A stretch of 64,000 bases of DNA, taken from assembly GCF_009914755.1 (NCBI RefSeq), contig NC_060936.1. The stretch is one strand, 5' to 3'. This stretch comes from the human T2T-CHM13v2.0 reference genome, Homo sapiens. Every line of letters starts with the position of its first letter. Positions within the stretch are counted from its first letter, which is position 1. The notes beneath the pieces are model-generated. The model was given only the letters and a program-made list of their open reading frames with translations. It did no database searches and was not told where the DNA came from. Both the position numbers and the translations under genes were made by a program. Below are positions 42,345-57,505 of the stretch, piece after piece.

Positions 42345-42626
42345 TTTTTGTTTGTTTTTTGAGACAGAGTCTCACTTTGTCACCCAGGCTAGTGTGCAGT
42401 GGCTCTCTGCAGCCTCTTCCTCCTGGGCTCAAGTGATCCTCCAGTCTCAGCCCCCAAGTAGCTGTAAACATAGGCACATGCCACCGCACCTGGCTCATTT
42501 TTGTATTTTTTTATGGAGATGAAGTTTTGCCATGTTGCCCAGGCTGGTCTTAAGCTCAAGCCATCTTCCTGCCTCGGCCTCCCAAAGTGCAGGAAATATA
42601 TAGGCATGAGCCACTGTGCCTGGCCC
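42345..42626 (-). mobile_element. Alu (AluJ-like)
   Basis: Diverged reverse dimer. Confidence 0.92.
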
Positions 42627-43537
42627 AATATTAATGTTTTTTAAAAAGTAAAGTTAGAAATATAATTTCCATTTAAACAGGAAAGAATTCTTACTGTATT
42701 TGCCTAAAATAAAGCAGTATTTATTTTAAAGCTAAGCTTATAGTGCAAGTAATAATTCATCATTTTTATTTCCCAGTTAAAAAAATACAACTTTAGCATT
42801 CAAATTTGCATGCTCTTGTTGCCTTTGTAGTTATCAGTGTCTTCAGCACACATGCTGGTGTGTGGCTGCTCATGACTGCTTAAACTGATACACATTTTGA
42901 AGTGATTTCGAGATTTCCAGAGAAGGATGTATGCTTACAATTTTGTTAATAAGGTAAAGCATATGCTAATTAGGTCAATTCATGAAGGGAGACATTAGGT
43001 CCCTGGGCTTAATAAAAGAGCTGTATTGTATGTATTTCTTTACATCTCTCTTTGATTATGAGTTCCTGACGATCAGGGACCATGTCCTACTCATTGTTAT
43101 AGTCAAAGCATTAAGTATGTGTAGACCTGACAGATAGTGGAAGCGTAATAAATAATTCTTGAACTGACTCTCAAACAGGCCCTACAGGCGATTATAGTAT
43201 GGATAAATAAGAGTAGAAATGAAGATTAAAAATAAACTTATAACCCTGATCCTATATTTCTTTAAGATATTGATATGCCCTAGCACTATTGTATGTGGGA
43301 TTACTAACATACTAATAGGTAGAAGTTAATGCAGGCCTCCAGGGCAGCAGCATATTTCATAAGTAAATTTTTTTTGGATCTTTTCTTAGTTGTTGTTATT
43401 TCTAGTATCTGCAATTCAATAAACCGAACTGCTGCATCTAACAATTTTCAGTGCTTATTGTGTATCTAAAGCCAAATATAGCAAGGTTCCCAGAATACTG
43501 GATTCCTATAATGGCATAATTGATTTCCTCTTAACGG

Positions 43538-43586
43538 CTGTGTGTCTGTGTGTGAGTGTGTGTGTGTATGTGTTGTGTGTGTGTGT
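43538..43586. repeat. Imperfect (TG)n microsatellite
   Basis: Seen directly. Confidence 0.85.
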
Positions 43587-44250
43587 TTTTCACATAATTA
43601 CTTATCTATTTAAAGGGGAAAACTTCTGAGAAAAATCACAGGAGGACTGAATTTAGCCTGCTCTGACGAACTAAAAATATGAAATAAAAAATGAACCAGT
43701 CTTGGTAAACCATCTCTTACCTCACTTTCCAAACAAATCCATCTGCAAAATTTAAAAATTTTCACTTAAAAATCATCTTTCCGTAGAAATATATAACGTG
43801 AAGAGGAAGTATAATAAAGTCATATACTTAATGCAAAGCCCTTTTGCATATACCAGATCCACATTAATGCATATGGGCTAACATCATTCAGGATGTTTCT
43901 CTTTAAAATGCTGGACTCATCTTATCCTCCATGCCCAAAGGACAATCTTGGGTGTAAGGAAAAATCTTTTTAAAACAGCTCTATTTCCAGTTACCTTTCT
44001 TTCATTAATTAGTTGTCTATACTAATTTATTGAATGCTTGCTAAATATCCCCTGCACTAGGGGATATGAAGGTGAATAAGACTAGGTTCATCTCCATAGT
44101 GAACAGGAGAGGAATTACTGGAATGTACCAGAAGGGTGCTGAGGGAGCCTTGTTGCCTGCCTAGAGAAGCTGGGGAGGCTTCACCAAAGTGTTTTTCAGC
44201 TGGATCTGGGAGGGGGAATTAGATTGTGGGGGGAAAGTAGGGAAGAAGGA

Positions 44251-44614
44251 TGCTGTGGCCTGAATGTTTGTGTCCCCTGCAAATTCATATGTTGAAATCC
44301 TAACCCCCAAAGTGATAGTATTAAGAGACGGGGCTTTTGGGAGGTGATTAGGTCGCGAGGGTAGAGCCCTCATGAATGGGATTCGTGCCCTTGTGAAAGG
44401 CCCAGGGAGCTACCTCAGCCTTTCCTCCCGGTGAGGATGCAGCAAGAAGGCACCATCAGAGACCGGGAGACCACTGGCCCTCACCAGACACTGGATCTGC
44501 CGGCACCTTGACTTTGAACTGCCCAGCTTCCAGAACTGCAAGAAATAAATGGTGGTTGTTAATAAGCCACTAAGTCTGTAGTATGTCATTATAGCAGCCC
44601 AAATTCCTAAAGGA
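44251..44614 (+). mobile_element. MaLR solo LTR (MLT1A-like)
   Basis: tgctgtggcctgaatgtttgtgtcccc...aaattcatatgttgaaatcctaaccccc...agaaataaat...ttatagcagccc. Confidence 0.88.
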
Positions 44615-45933
44615 GAGTTGGAAGGAAGGCCCTTCACTTCAGGCAGGCTGGAAGCACCGAAATAAAGGCCTCAGGCAGCTAAAGGGCCTTCTGTGTCTGG
44701 GAAGTGGGGAGGCATTTGGAAGGGACAGAGAGCAGAGTAGGTAACTGGCACTCAGACTGTGAAGGGCCCTATGAAGGGATGTGGGCTTATCCTTTCGACT
44801 TTCAATGCCTGTTTCTCAAACTGCTGCGTATGTACTCACCCATGGGCATTTTAGGTTTTAGGATACACAGAGTGCAACTTTCTAGACTATCAATTTACTA
44901 TAACGATTTGTGGGGGGCAGGGGCAAAGCATCATTTTTATACAAAAGTAAATGTGTATATGTTGCAGAGAGTGAAATTTTATGTTTGGCACAATTGCTTA
45001 GGGCTCTTCCCTAGATCCTCACATATTTCCTCTCCCTCCATCTCTTCCACCATTAAGTATCCTTTGGTAAAGTCTAGAAAGTTCGGGGAAGTCTTTCCTT
45101 AGCTGCTGCAGAGCCTGGACCTAGGTGTGGCCTCCCAAATCTAACCAAAAGACAAGCACCTTCACACTGACTCCCAGTCTCCTTCCAAAAGCAAAACCAC
45201 CTTGTCAGTGTTAGGTACATCCCATCCTTCCTCCCTTCTCAGGTTTGTATTTGAATAGGTGTTTACATTTTACATGAAAGAATATTCCTGATAACAGCCT
45301 TTTGTTAAGACTACTACATGCCATATACTTTATATATATTAAGACATTTAATCCTCACTGAGACCTAAGGTCACGTAGTTTGCGATGGTAGGGTCAGAAT
45401 TGAAGTCAGATTTTTTGGACCCCAGAGCCCATTTTTAAATTTCTTACCTTTATGCAACTCTGTTTAGAAGATTAAAAAAAAAATAAAAACTTCAGACTTA
45501 GCCAACCATTTCTGGTCAGAAGAATCCTGATCATACTTGTATAATACATGGTGTCTTCAAAATCCACAGAGACAAAGAAATACCTATAGGTATAATCCTG
45601 GCTACTGTGTACGTGCAGAATCTCCACCTGGTTGCCACCCCTCTTTTAAAGCCATAGGACCCAAAAGCAACACTAGGGGGTCTGTGGTTGTAGAAATCAT
45701 ATACCTCAGGCTGGGGTGGAGAGCATCAAGTCTGCCCCAGCTTCCCAAATATGAGGACTGCATATGTGCACGTTAGCCGTACACCTTGTATATGGAAACT
45801 AAAGCCAAGCAAAAGAGCTAAGACAAGCAATCTCACTGAGCATCCCTTTCAGATCACTGTTTTCCTGAGTAGATGGAGGCAGGGTTCACTCGTGAATTTA
45901 CAGAAATTGATACCTAATTTCCAAATTGATCAG

Positions 45934-47365
45934 CCTTCCCTTTACCCTTCCCTTCCCCCCCTCCCTCCCACCCCCTCCCTTCTCCTCCCCTCCCCCTCCC
46001 TTCCCCTCCCCTCCCTTCCCTCCCTTCTCCTCCCCTCCCCCTCCCTTCCCCGCCCCCTCCCTTCCCTCCCTTCTCCTCCCCTCCCCCTCCCCTCTCTTCC
46101 CCTCCCCCTCCCTTCCCTCCCTTCCCCCTCCCTTCTCCTCCCCTCCCCCTCCCCTCTCCTCTGCTCCCCCTCCCTTTCCTCCCTTTCCCTCTCCCTTCTC
46201 CTCCCCTCCCCCTCCCCTCTACTCCCCTTCCCCTCCCTTTCCTCCCTTTCCCTCTCCCTTCTCCTCCCCTCCCCCTCCCCTCTACTCCCCTTCCCCTCCC
46301 TTCCGTCCCTTCCCCCTCCCTTCTCCTCCCCTCCCCCTCCCCTCTCTTCCGCTCCCCCTCCCTTCCCTCCCTTCCCCCTCCCTTCTCCTCCCCTCCCCCT
46401 CCCCTCTCCTCTGCTCCCCCTCCCCTCCCCCTCCCCTCCCCCTCCCCTCTCCTCTGCTCCCCCTCCCCTGCCCCTCCCCTCTACTCCCCTCCCCCTCCCC
46501 TCTACTCCCCTTCCCCTCCCTTTCCTCCCTTTCCCTCTCCCTTCTCCTCCCCTCCCCCTCCCCTCTACTCCCCTTCCCCTCCCTTTCCTCCCTTTCCCTC
46601 TCCCTTCTCCTCCCCTCCCCCTCCCCTCTACTCCCCTTCCCCTCCCTTTCCTCCCTTTCCCTCTCCCTTCTCCTCCCCTCCCCCTCCCCTCTACTCCCCT
46701 TCCCCTCCCTTTCCTCCCTTTCCCTCTCCCTTCTCCTCCCCTCCCCCTCCCCTCTACTCCCCTTCCCCTCCCTTCCGTCCCTTCCCCCTCCCTTCTCCTC
46801 CCCTCCCCCTCCCCTCTCTTCCGCTCCCCCTCCCTTCCCTCCCTTCCCCCTCCCTTCTCCTCCCCTCCCCCTCCCCTCTCCTCTGCTCCCCCTCCCCTCC
46901 CCCTCCCCTCCCCCTCCCCTCTCCTCTGCTCCCCCTCCCCTGCCCCTCCCCTCTACTCCCCTCCCCCTCCCCTCTACTCCCCTTCCCCTCCCTTTCCTCC
47001 CTTTCCCTCTCCCTTCTCCTCCCCTCCCCCTCCCCTCTACTCCCCTTCCCCTCCCTTTCCTCCCTTTCCCTCTCCCTTCTCCTCCCCTCCCCCTCCCCTC
47101 TACTCCCCTTCCCCTCCCTTTCCTCCCTTTCCCTCTCCCTTCTCCTCCCCTCCCCCTCCCCTCTACTCCCCTTCCCCTCCCTTTCCTCCCTTTCCCTCTC
47201 CCTTCTCCTCCCCTCCCCCTCCCCTCTCTTCCCCTCCCCCTCCCTTCCCTCCCTTCCCCTTCCCTTCCCTCCCTTCCCCCTCCCTTCTCCTCCCCTCCCC
47301 CTCCCATCTCCTCCCCTCCCCCTCCCTCCGTTCCCCTCCCCTCCTCTCACCTCCCCCTCCCTACC
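45934..47365. repeat. 1.4-kb polypyrimidine/polypurine VNTR (63-bp unit, 472-bp higher-order duplication)
   Basis: Almost only C/T; tctact recurs at 46501, 46564, 46627, 46690; the rare marker ttccgt at 46301 and 46773. Confidence 0.97.
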
Positions 47366-47661
47366 TTTTTTTTTTTACAGGGTCTCACTCTGTCACCCAG
47401 GCTTCCAGGCTGGAGTGCAGTGGCACAATCACAGCTCACTGCAGCCTCAACCTCCTGGGCTTAAACAATTGTCCACCTCAGCCTCCCAAGTAGCTGGGGC
47501 CACAGGTGCTCACCACTACACCTGGCCAATTTTTGTATTTTTTGTAGCAATGGAGTTTCTCTATGTTGCCCAGGCTGGTCTGGAACTCCTGAGCTCAAGT
47601 GGTCTGCCTGCCTTGGCCACCCAAAGTTTTGGGATTACAGGCGTGAGCCATTGCACAGGGC
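47366..47661 (-). mobile_element. Alu (AluJ-like) whose tail adjoins the VNTR
   Basis: T tract plus cagggtctcactctgtcacccagg...gcgtgagcca. Confidence 0.93.
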
Positions 47662-47894
47662 TGATCAGTATTTTTCTTATACTTTATACTCACCCTATTG
47701 TAGAAAGATTATCTGGGCAAAGCATTAATTCATGAGAAACTTGCAAAATTGTTTTACAGAAATTTACAAATCATTTTACAAATCAGACATTTTCAGAATC
47801 TCATATGCTTTTCTGTATTTGAATGAAAAAAAATTAGTAGTAGAAGGTTAAGATACATGTTAAATATATGGTAAAAGTCCAGGTATATAACTTC

Positions 47895-48052
47895 CATTTG
47901 CCTTAAGAGTCACTTGTGACATTTATTAAATGTAGATTCTGGGTTCCACCCTCAGGGATTTTGATTTAGTACTTTTGGAGGGTTCATAAAGCTGCATAGT
48001 TAACAAGCAACCAGCAGATTCTGAAGCACATCACATTTTTGAGAAATACTGT
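47895..48052. mobile_element. MER5-like hAT-Charlie remnant
   Basis: aaatgtagattctgggttccaccctcag...taacaagc...gattctga...tttgagaaatactg. Confidence 0.6.
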
Positions 48053-49636
48053 TCTGGACTATGAGAAGCCATTACATTCTAATTTATTAGAAATGAAATG
48101 GCAATGCTATATAAATACTTGATCAAGAACTAGAGCAGAACTCCTATGGAGCAGAACTAGAAAGGCAAGTATGTCTGTTCTGGTCACTGGGGACACAAAT
48201 CACACAAATCAGAATGCGCAAAGCTTGCTTTTAAGGCCTTTCCATCTCCTGGCTGTCTCTTGGCACACCCCAAGTTCCTCTGCTTTAGGGTCTATGGTTC
48301 CCAGGTTAAGAAATCCTGGACTAGCCTGTTGAGGTAGTTTTGGAAACTACCTCATCATCTAGGTATTTGTTGTCCTCTGAGGATACGAAATTCTGCCTTG
48401 AAGGGAGTTGGCCAGTTTCAGGAACTCCTTGGAGAGATTCCTTAGCTCCATTAGCTCCACAGAGTTCACCAGGGGTAAGAGTGGAGGAAGAGTACACCAT
48501 AGTTGATGATCAGCTTGAGCCCCAGGCAAGATGCTATGCTAGCCTTTCATGTATATAATTTCACTTCACCTTATCTAAACCTCACAATTACTCTACACGT
48601 TAGAGACGAGACTAGGGAGGTTAAGCAACCCTCCCAAAGTCACACAGCTGCTAAATGGCAAATGAAAACTTCAAAGGAAAGTCTGTTTGACTTTCAAGCC
48701 CCAAATACCTCAAGTCCAAGGAGGGTTACACAAGAAACCTTGAGTAAGATCTCAAAAGACACAAAAGATAATCCTTGAGTGTTACACCATCTCTGAGGCC
48801 AATGCAGCACTGGGTTGGGCAAATGAGACTATGGAAAAATTAAGGAATGATGAGGCTATGAGGTAAGTTTCAATGTGGTTTTTATACAATGAAACATATT
48901 TGAAAGGACATCTTACATCCAGAACAGCTAGGATAGAAAATACAGCAGAGGGAAGGAAGAAGTATTCATGCAGCTAGTTTTCAAATGGAAGTATGCAATC
49001 AATGACATCAGCAGCTTAATTAGGAAGGGATGATGATAAAGGGGGGCAGATTTTCAATTAAGAGCAGCACTATGAAAGATCAGTTTAACTGATACATGTT
49101 CTGCAATAGTAAAAACATTACACAACTGTGATAATATCTTATTTATATAGCTTAATGTACTAGGAAGGATTTGTTCCATGTTGTTTCAATTCAAATCATA
49201 ATTCTATGAAAAATTTTGTTAGATAAGCAGTGAAGAGACATTAAATATGTAGGTCACCAAAATGTTTTCCCTGACTGAGTCATCTGATATTGACACCCCA
49301 GGCTCTGTCTATCACATCGCCCTGTTTTTTTTTTGTTTTTTTTTTTTTTCAGAACAATTGGTACTACCTGGAATTATCTAACTTATATATTTACTTCTTA
49401 ACTATATTCTCCAGCAGAATAAAATCTCCACATGAGCCATCTAGTTCACCACTGTATACCCAGTGCCTACATCCGTGCCTGGCACATTATAAGAGCTTGG
49501 TGCAAATTTGTTCAAGAAATGAATGACAAAAAACATCAAAACACTTGCAAGTAATTTATAAAAATAGATCTGTCTAAATTTATGTTTTAGATCTAGTGGT
49601 AGAAGAATAACAGCTGCGTCTAAAATAATTACTTCA

Positions 49637-50085
49637 GGGTGGGAGGAGGGCGAGGAATAAAAGACTACAAATAGGGTGCAGTGTGTACTGCTCAGGTGAT
49701 GTGTGCACCAAAATCCCACAAAGCACCACTGAAGAACTTACTCATGTAATCAAATGCCACCTGTACCTTAATAACCTATGGAAAAAAATTTAAAACACAT
49801 ATGTAAAAAAGATAATATCTAAAATTGAAATAAGTATCAAGAGACTGATAATTGTGTTTGTTGCTGAGGAAAGTATACAAAAAAATTGGGGGTTTGTAGT
49901 ACGCTTTGAGAATCTTAAATGTATACATATATTTTAACCCATTTTTTTAACTTCTTGGTGTTTACCCTGTGGAATTAATCATAGGTTGTGATTCATATTT
50001 AAATGATCATTATATTTGAATGATTTGGCTCAAATATGTCCACTTACACATTGTTTATATTAATAAAATTTGGGGGACAATAAAA
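49637..50085 (+). mobile_element. Short L1PB-type 3' end (49637-~49790) plus ~290 bp of extra sequence within one TSD
   Basis: L1 3'UTR text (aaaagactaca...gaacttactcatgtaa...ccacctgtacc); perfect TSD aaaataattacttca at 49622-49636 and 50086-50100. Confidence 0.88.
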
Positions 50086-50436
50086 AAAATAATTACTTCA
50101 TTATTTGGATTTTTATTTACTATCCTATATTGTTAAGAGTGCCCTAAAAAGTATATATTATGTATAAAATATAAATATATTACATATAAAATCCAAGATT
50201 TATTGTGTGTTTTATGTGCCAGATATGTATTATAAACTCATTTAATTCTGTAACAACACCATGAACTGGGGCATTATTTTCATCTCCTAAATTTTTATAG
50301 ATGACGGAATTGAAGCAAAGGGAAGTAAGGTCACTTATCGTGTTTTCCAGCAAAAAGTGGTGGAATTGGATTTAAACCTAAGGCATTTGACTTTAGAGTT
50401 TATAGTCTCAATCACATACTTAGAAAATATTTTTTA

Positions 50437-50716
<280 letters not shown>

Positions 50717-50728
50717 TTTTTTTTTATT

Positions 50729-51006
<278 letters not shown>

Positions 51007-51954
51007 CTATGATGATGATCCTGCCATTTTATTAGACTTCTAATTTTACAAATTTGGGGCAAACGCTAGTATAAGAAATAGATGTGACCCCATAAATGGC
51101 TTATTAGTCATAAATGGGTAAACAGTAAAAGAAACAAGACCACACCATAACCAGGTGACCAGAAAGAAATCGCCAGTGAGGGAAGTTCTAGCCAGAGCAA
51201 GTAGGCAAGAGAAAGAAATAAAAGGCATCCAAACAGGAAGAGAGCAAGCCAAACTATCTCTCTTCACAGATATGAGTCTACACCTAGAAAATCCCACAGG
51301 CTCTGCCGAAAGACTCACAGTGATAAATAACTTCAGTAAAGCTTCAGGATACAAAGTCAAGGCACAAAAATCAGTAGCATTTCTATACACCAATAATATC
51401 CAAGCTGAGAGCCAAATTAACAATGCAATCCCATTCACAATAGCCACAAAAAGAATAAAATACCTAGGAATACAGCTAACCATGGAAGTGAAAGATCTCT
51501 ACAAGGAGAACTACAAAACAGTGCTCAAAGAAATCAGAGATGACACAAACAAAAAGAAAAACATTCCATCCTTATGGACTGGAAGAATCAATATTGTTAA
51601 AATGGCCATACTGCCCAAAGCAATCTACAGATTCAATGCTATTCCTATCAAACTGGAAAAAACTGTTTTCAAACTAATATGAAACCAAAAAAGAGACTTA
51701 ATAGCCAAAGCAATCCTAAGCAGAAAGAACAAAGCTGGATGCATCACCCTACCCTACATCAACCCATATTACAAGGCTACAGTAATCAAAACAGCATGGT
51801 ACTGGCACAAAAACAGACACATAGACCAATAGAACAGAATAGAGAACCCAGAAATAAAGCTGCATACCTACAACCACCTGATCTTTGACAAAGCCAACAA
51901 AAACAAGCAATGGGGAAAGGATTCCCTATTCAATAAATGGTGCAGGAATAACTA

Positions 51955-52513
<559 letters not shown>

Positions 52514-53027
52514 TTAATTAAACTAAAGAGCCTCTGCATAGCAAAAGAAACTATCAACAGAGTAAATAGACAACCTACAGAACGGGAGAAAATGTTTGCA
52601 AACTATGCATCCAACAAAGGTCTAATATCCAGAATCTATAAGGAACCTAAACAAATCAACAAGCAAAAACAAACTCCATTAAAAAATAGGCAAAGTATAT
52701 GAACAGACACTCCTCAAAAGACATACTTGCAGCCAACAAGCATAAAAAAAAATGCTCAACCTCACTTATCATTAGAGAAATGCAAATCAAAACCACAAGG
52801 AGATACTATCTCATACCAGTCAGAACGGTTATTATTAAAAAGTCAAAAATAACATTCTAGTGAGGTGGTAAAGCAAAGGGAATGCTTATACAGTGCTGGT
52901 GGGAATGTTCAGCCACTGTGGAGAGCAGTTTGGAGATTTCTCAAAAAACACAGCTACCATTTGACACAGCAATCCCATTACTGGGTATGCACCCAAAGGA
53001 ATATAAATTATTCTACCAAAAAGACAC

Positions 53028-53564
53028 TGTATTAGTCAGGGTTCTCTAGAAGGACAGAACTAATAGGATAGAATTATATCTGAAGGGGAGTTTATTAACT
53101 AGTATTGACTCACACCATCACAAGGTGAAGTCCCACAACAGGCCATCTGCAAGCTGAGGAGTAAGGAAGCCAGTCCAAGTCCCAAAACTTCAAAAGTAGG
53201 GAAGCTGACAGTGCAGCCTTCAGTCTGTGGCCAAAGGTCTAAGAACCCCTGGCAAACCACTAGTGTAGGTCCAAGAGTCCAAAAGCTGAAGAATTTGGAG
53301 TCCAATGTTCGAGGGCAGGAAGCACCCAGCACGGGAGAAAGATGAAGGCTGGGAGACTCAGCAAATCTCTTTCCACCTACTGCCTGCTTTATTCTAACCG
53401 TGCTGGCAGCTGATTAGATGCTGCCCACCCTGACTGAGGGTGGGTCTGCCTCTTCCAGTCCACTGACTCAAATGTTAATCTCCTTTGGCAACACCCTCAC
53501 AGACACCCAGAAACAATACTTTGCATCCTTCAATCCAACCAAGTTGACAATATTAACCATCACA
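53028..53564 (-). mobile_element. Solo MLT2A-type (ERV-L) LTR
   Basis: Reverse-complement homologue of the LTRs at 6366 and 12520; perfect 5-bp TSD gacac (53023-53027 / 53565-53569). Confidence 0.95.
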
Positions 53565-54101
53565 GACACACACACTCTTATGTTCGTTGCAGCACTATTC
53601 ACAATAGCAAAGACATGGAATCAACCTAGATGCCCATCAATGGTGGACTGGAGAAAGAAAATGTGGTACATATGCACCATGGAATACTACACAGCCATAA
53701 AAAAGAACAAAATAATGTCTTTGCTGCAACATGGATGCAGCTGGAGGCCATTATTCTAAGTAAATTGATGTAGGAACAGAAAACCAAATGCCATGTGTTA
53801 TCACTTACAAGTGGGAGCTGAACATTGAGTACACATGGACACAAAGAGGAGAAAAATAGACTCAGGTCTACTCGAGGGTAGAGGGTGGGAGGAGGATGAA
53901 CGTCTATAAGCTACCTATTGGGTACTGTGCTCACTACGTGGGTGATGAAATCATTTGTGCACTAAACCTCAGCAACATGCAATTTACCCATGTAACAAAC
54001 CTGTATATGTACCCCCAAACCTACAATAAAAGTTAAAAAATTAAAAATAAATAAAAATAAAAATTAGAAAAGAAAAAAAGAAAAAAGAAATTGCCAGTGA
54101 G

Positions 54102-54990
54102 ATGATTAACATCATGTGCTTATAGAAGAAACACCTTGAGAAGGAGATAACATCATTATATGGTGATGCGTAGCCTGAATCTAATCATGAGGAACCATCA
54201 AACAAGCCCACGTGGAGGGATATTCCATGTAGCAACCATCTGTAAGAAAAATGTCAAGATCAGGAAAAACAAAGACTGAGGGACTGTTTCAGATTAAAGG
54301 AGAATTAGCCATAATGGCAACTAAATGCAATACATGAACCTAGAATGAATTCTATACTGAAGAAGGAAAATGCTATAAATTTCATTGTTAAATAAATGGA
54401 CAAAATTGGAACACACACTCTCCAGTAGAAATATTCTGGCACTATTGAATTTTCTCAACTTGTTAACTGTACTGTGACTACATAAAGAATATCCTTGTTC
54501 TTAAAACATACACATTGGTCCGGGTGCAGTGTCTCACGCCTGTAATCCCAGCACTTTGGGAGACCGAGGCAGGTGGATCACCTGAGGTCAGGAGTTCAAG
54601 ACCAGCCTGGCCAAGATGGTGAAGCCCCGTCTCTACTAAAAATACAAAAATTAGCCGGGCGTGGTGAAGGGCGCCTGTAATCCCAGCTACTCGGGAGGCT
54701 GAGACAGAGAATTGCTTGAACCTGGGAGGCAGAGGTTGAACCCGAGATCGTGCCACTGCACTCCAGCCTAGGCGACAGAGTGAGACTCTGTCTCAAAAAA
54801 AAAAAAAAAAATACACATTGAAGTATAAAGGGATAAATGGAGAAGATGCACGCCACCTACTCTCAAATGGTTAAAGAATAATACATAGCAAATTTTTAAA
54901 AGTTGGTGAATCTGTAAAGCATATATGAGTTCCCTTGTTTTATTCTTGCTACCTTTCTGTGAATTTAAAATTATTTAAAAATCAAAGTTA
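54102..54990 (+). mobile_element. Ancient L1M (L1MC/L1ME-like) 3' region hosting the younger L1 and an Alu
   Basis: caactaaatgcaatacatgaacctagaatg...gaatatccttgttctt...cctactctcaaatggtt resembles old L1 3'UTRs. Confidence 0.65.
54517..54810 (+). mobile_element. Alu (AluSx-like)
   Basis: Full dimer; TSD atacacattg. Confidence 0.95.
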
Positions 54991-55654
54991 CATATTAAAA
55001 AGTTAGATACAATTTTTTTAAAAGTAAAGGTGCCTCAAAGAGCTACTGAGTTTATCACTTGGTATCACTGATTTATATAGACTGTGTTCCAAAAAACAGA
55101 ATGTGGCTCTATCGTCTATCAAAACTAGAACACAAACATAGTTCCCATATAGGTTTAAGTTGTTGGTTTTGCCATCATGATTCGCTCATTAGAATCATAA
55201 TGGTTGTCATGAATTATGCCCACTTATTATTAGCATTTCATTTCTCCTCTGTCAAACAGTGACTTTTTTGCATTTGCATAGTATCCTGTACCACTTAAAG
55301 ATTCTCTGAATTCAAGCTGGGTATCTTGCTGTGAAGAAGAGATACTGAGTGATCTGAGGAAAAGACTAAGAAACCACAGGATGTTAGACCTGGAAGAGAT
55401 CTGTGGGATTTTATTAGATCTCCAATTTTACAAATGAAGATATTTATTTATGTAATTAGGCAAAATGATGTATTCGTATAAAAAAAGGACAAAAGCAAGA
55501 TTGGGAAATGAGGAATAATAAATAGCAGCAGTAGAATGCATACTTATTGCATTGTTATGTCACAACAATGTTACCTCTAGACGTTGGCTTACTTTACTAT
55601 AGGGCACATATTATATTAGTTCCTAAAGTTTATCACAATTTGTAAAGCAAGTTT

Positions 55655-55956
<302 letters not shown>

Positions 55957-56559
55957 TACAAGAGTTTCTTTCTTAGTTGCTAATCTAACGTTTAAAAATT
56001 CCTAGTTTTGATAAAATTATTTTTAAAAATATAGATATTTTGGTAAGAGGGTAATTTCAGCTGAGCACCTAAGAACCGCCCCTGGAATTGAGGTCGTTTT
56101 GATACTGAGGTCACTGGATCTATAGTTTGAAGACAATTTTATGTGATTGTAATCATCATCGATAGAATTTAAAAATCTTCCTCTTTATATAGTCACAAGT
56201 GGTGAAAGCCTCTGGTACTAAGTCATTAAAATGCATTTTTAAAATTGTCTGGAAGTTTGCTTACAACAGTGACTCTAGCCACCTGAATGGTAATCCTGCT
56301 GTTACACGGCAAATCTATAAGGTAAAACGTGAATCCGTAAGGCAAACTTTGATTTCACACTAATTTATAGACCTAGAAATAGGAAAATATGGCTTTTAGA
56401 GCCTTGAAGATTGAACAAGCATTAACATGGCTTATTACTAATGTTGATAGATTGAGGAAAGTAAGGTGTTCCTCTAAAAACTTAGAAACTAGAAAAATAA
56501 GATTTATTACTCTAAAGAATGGATGATATTAGTGATGAATAAGAGTAACCCAAGAGAGA

Positions 56560-57505
<946 letters not shown>

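Noticed and set aside
45751-47493. 580/512-aa Pro/Ser/Leu-rich and 341/198-aa Gly/Arg/Glu-rich ORFs (extensin- or formin-like appearance)
   Set aside because: Artefacts of a C/T-only repeat that contains almost no stop codons and has a 63-bp (3n) unit; the plus-strand ORFs end in an Alu
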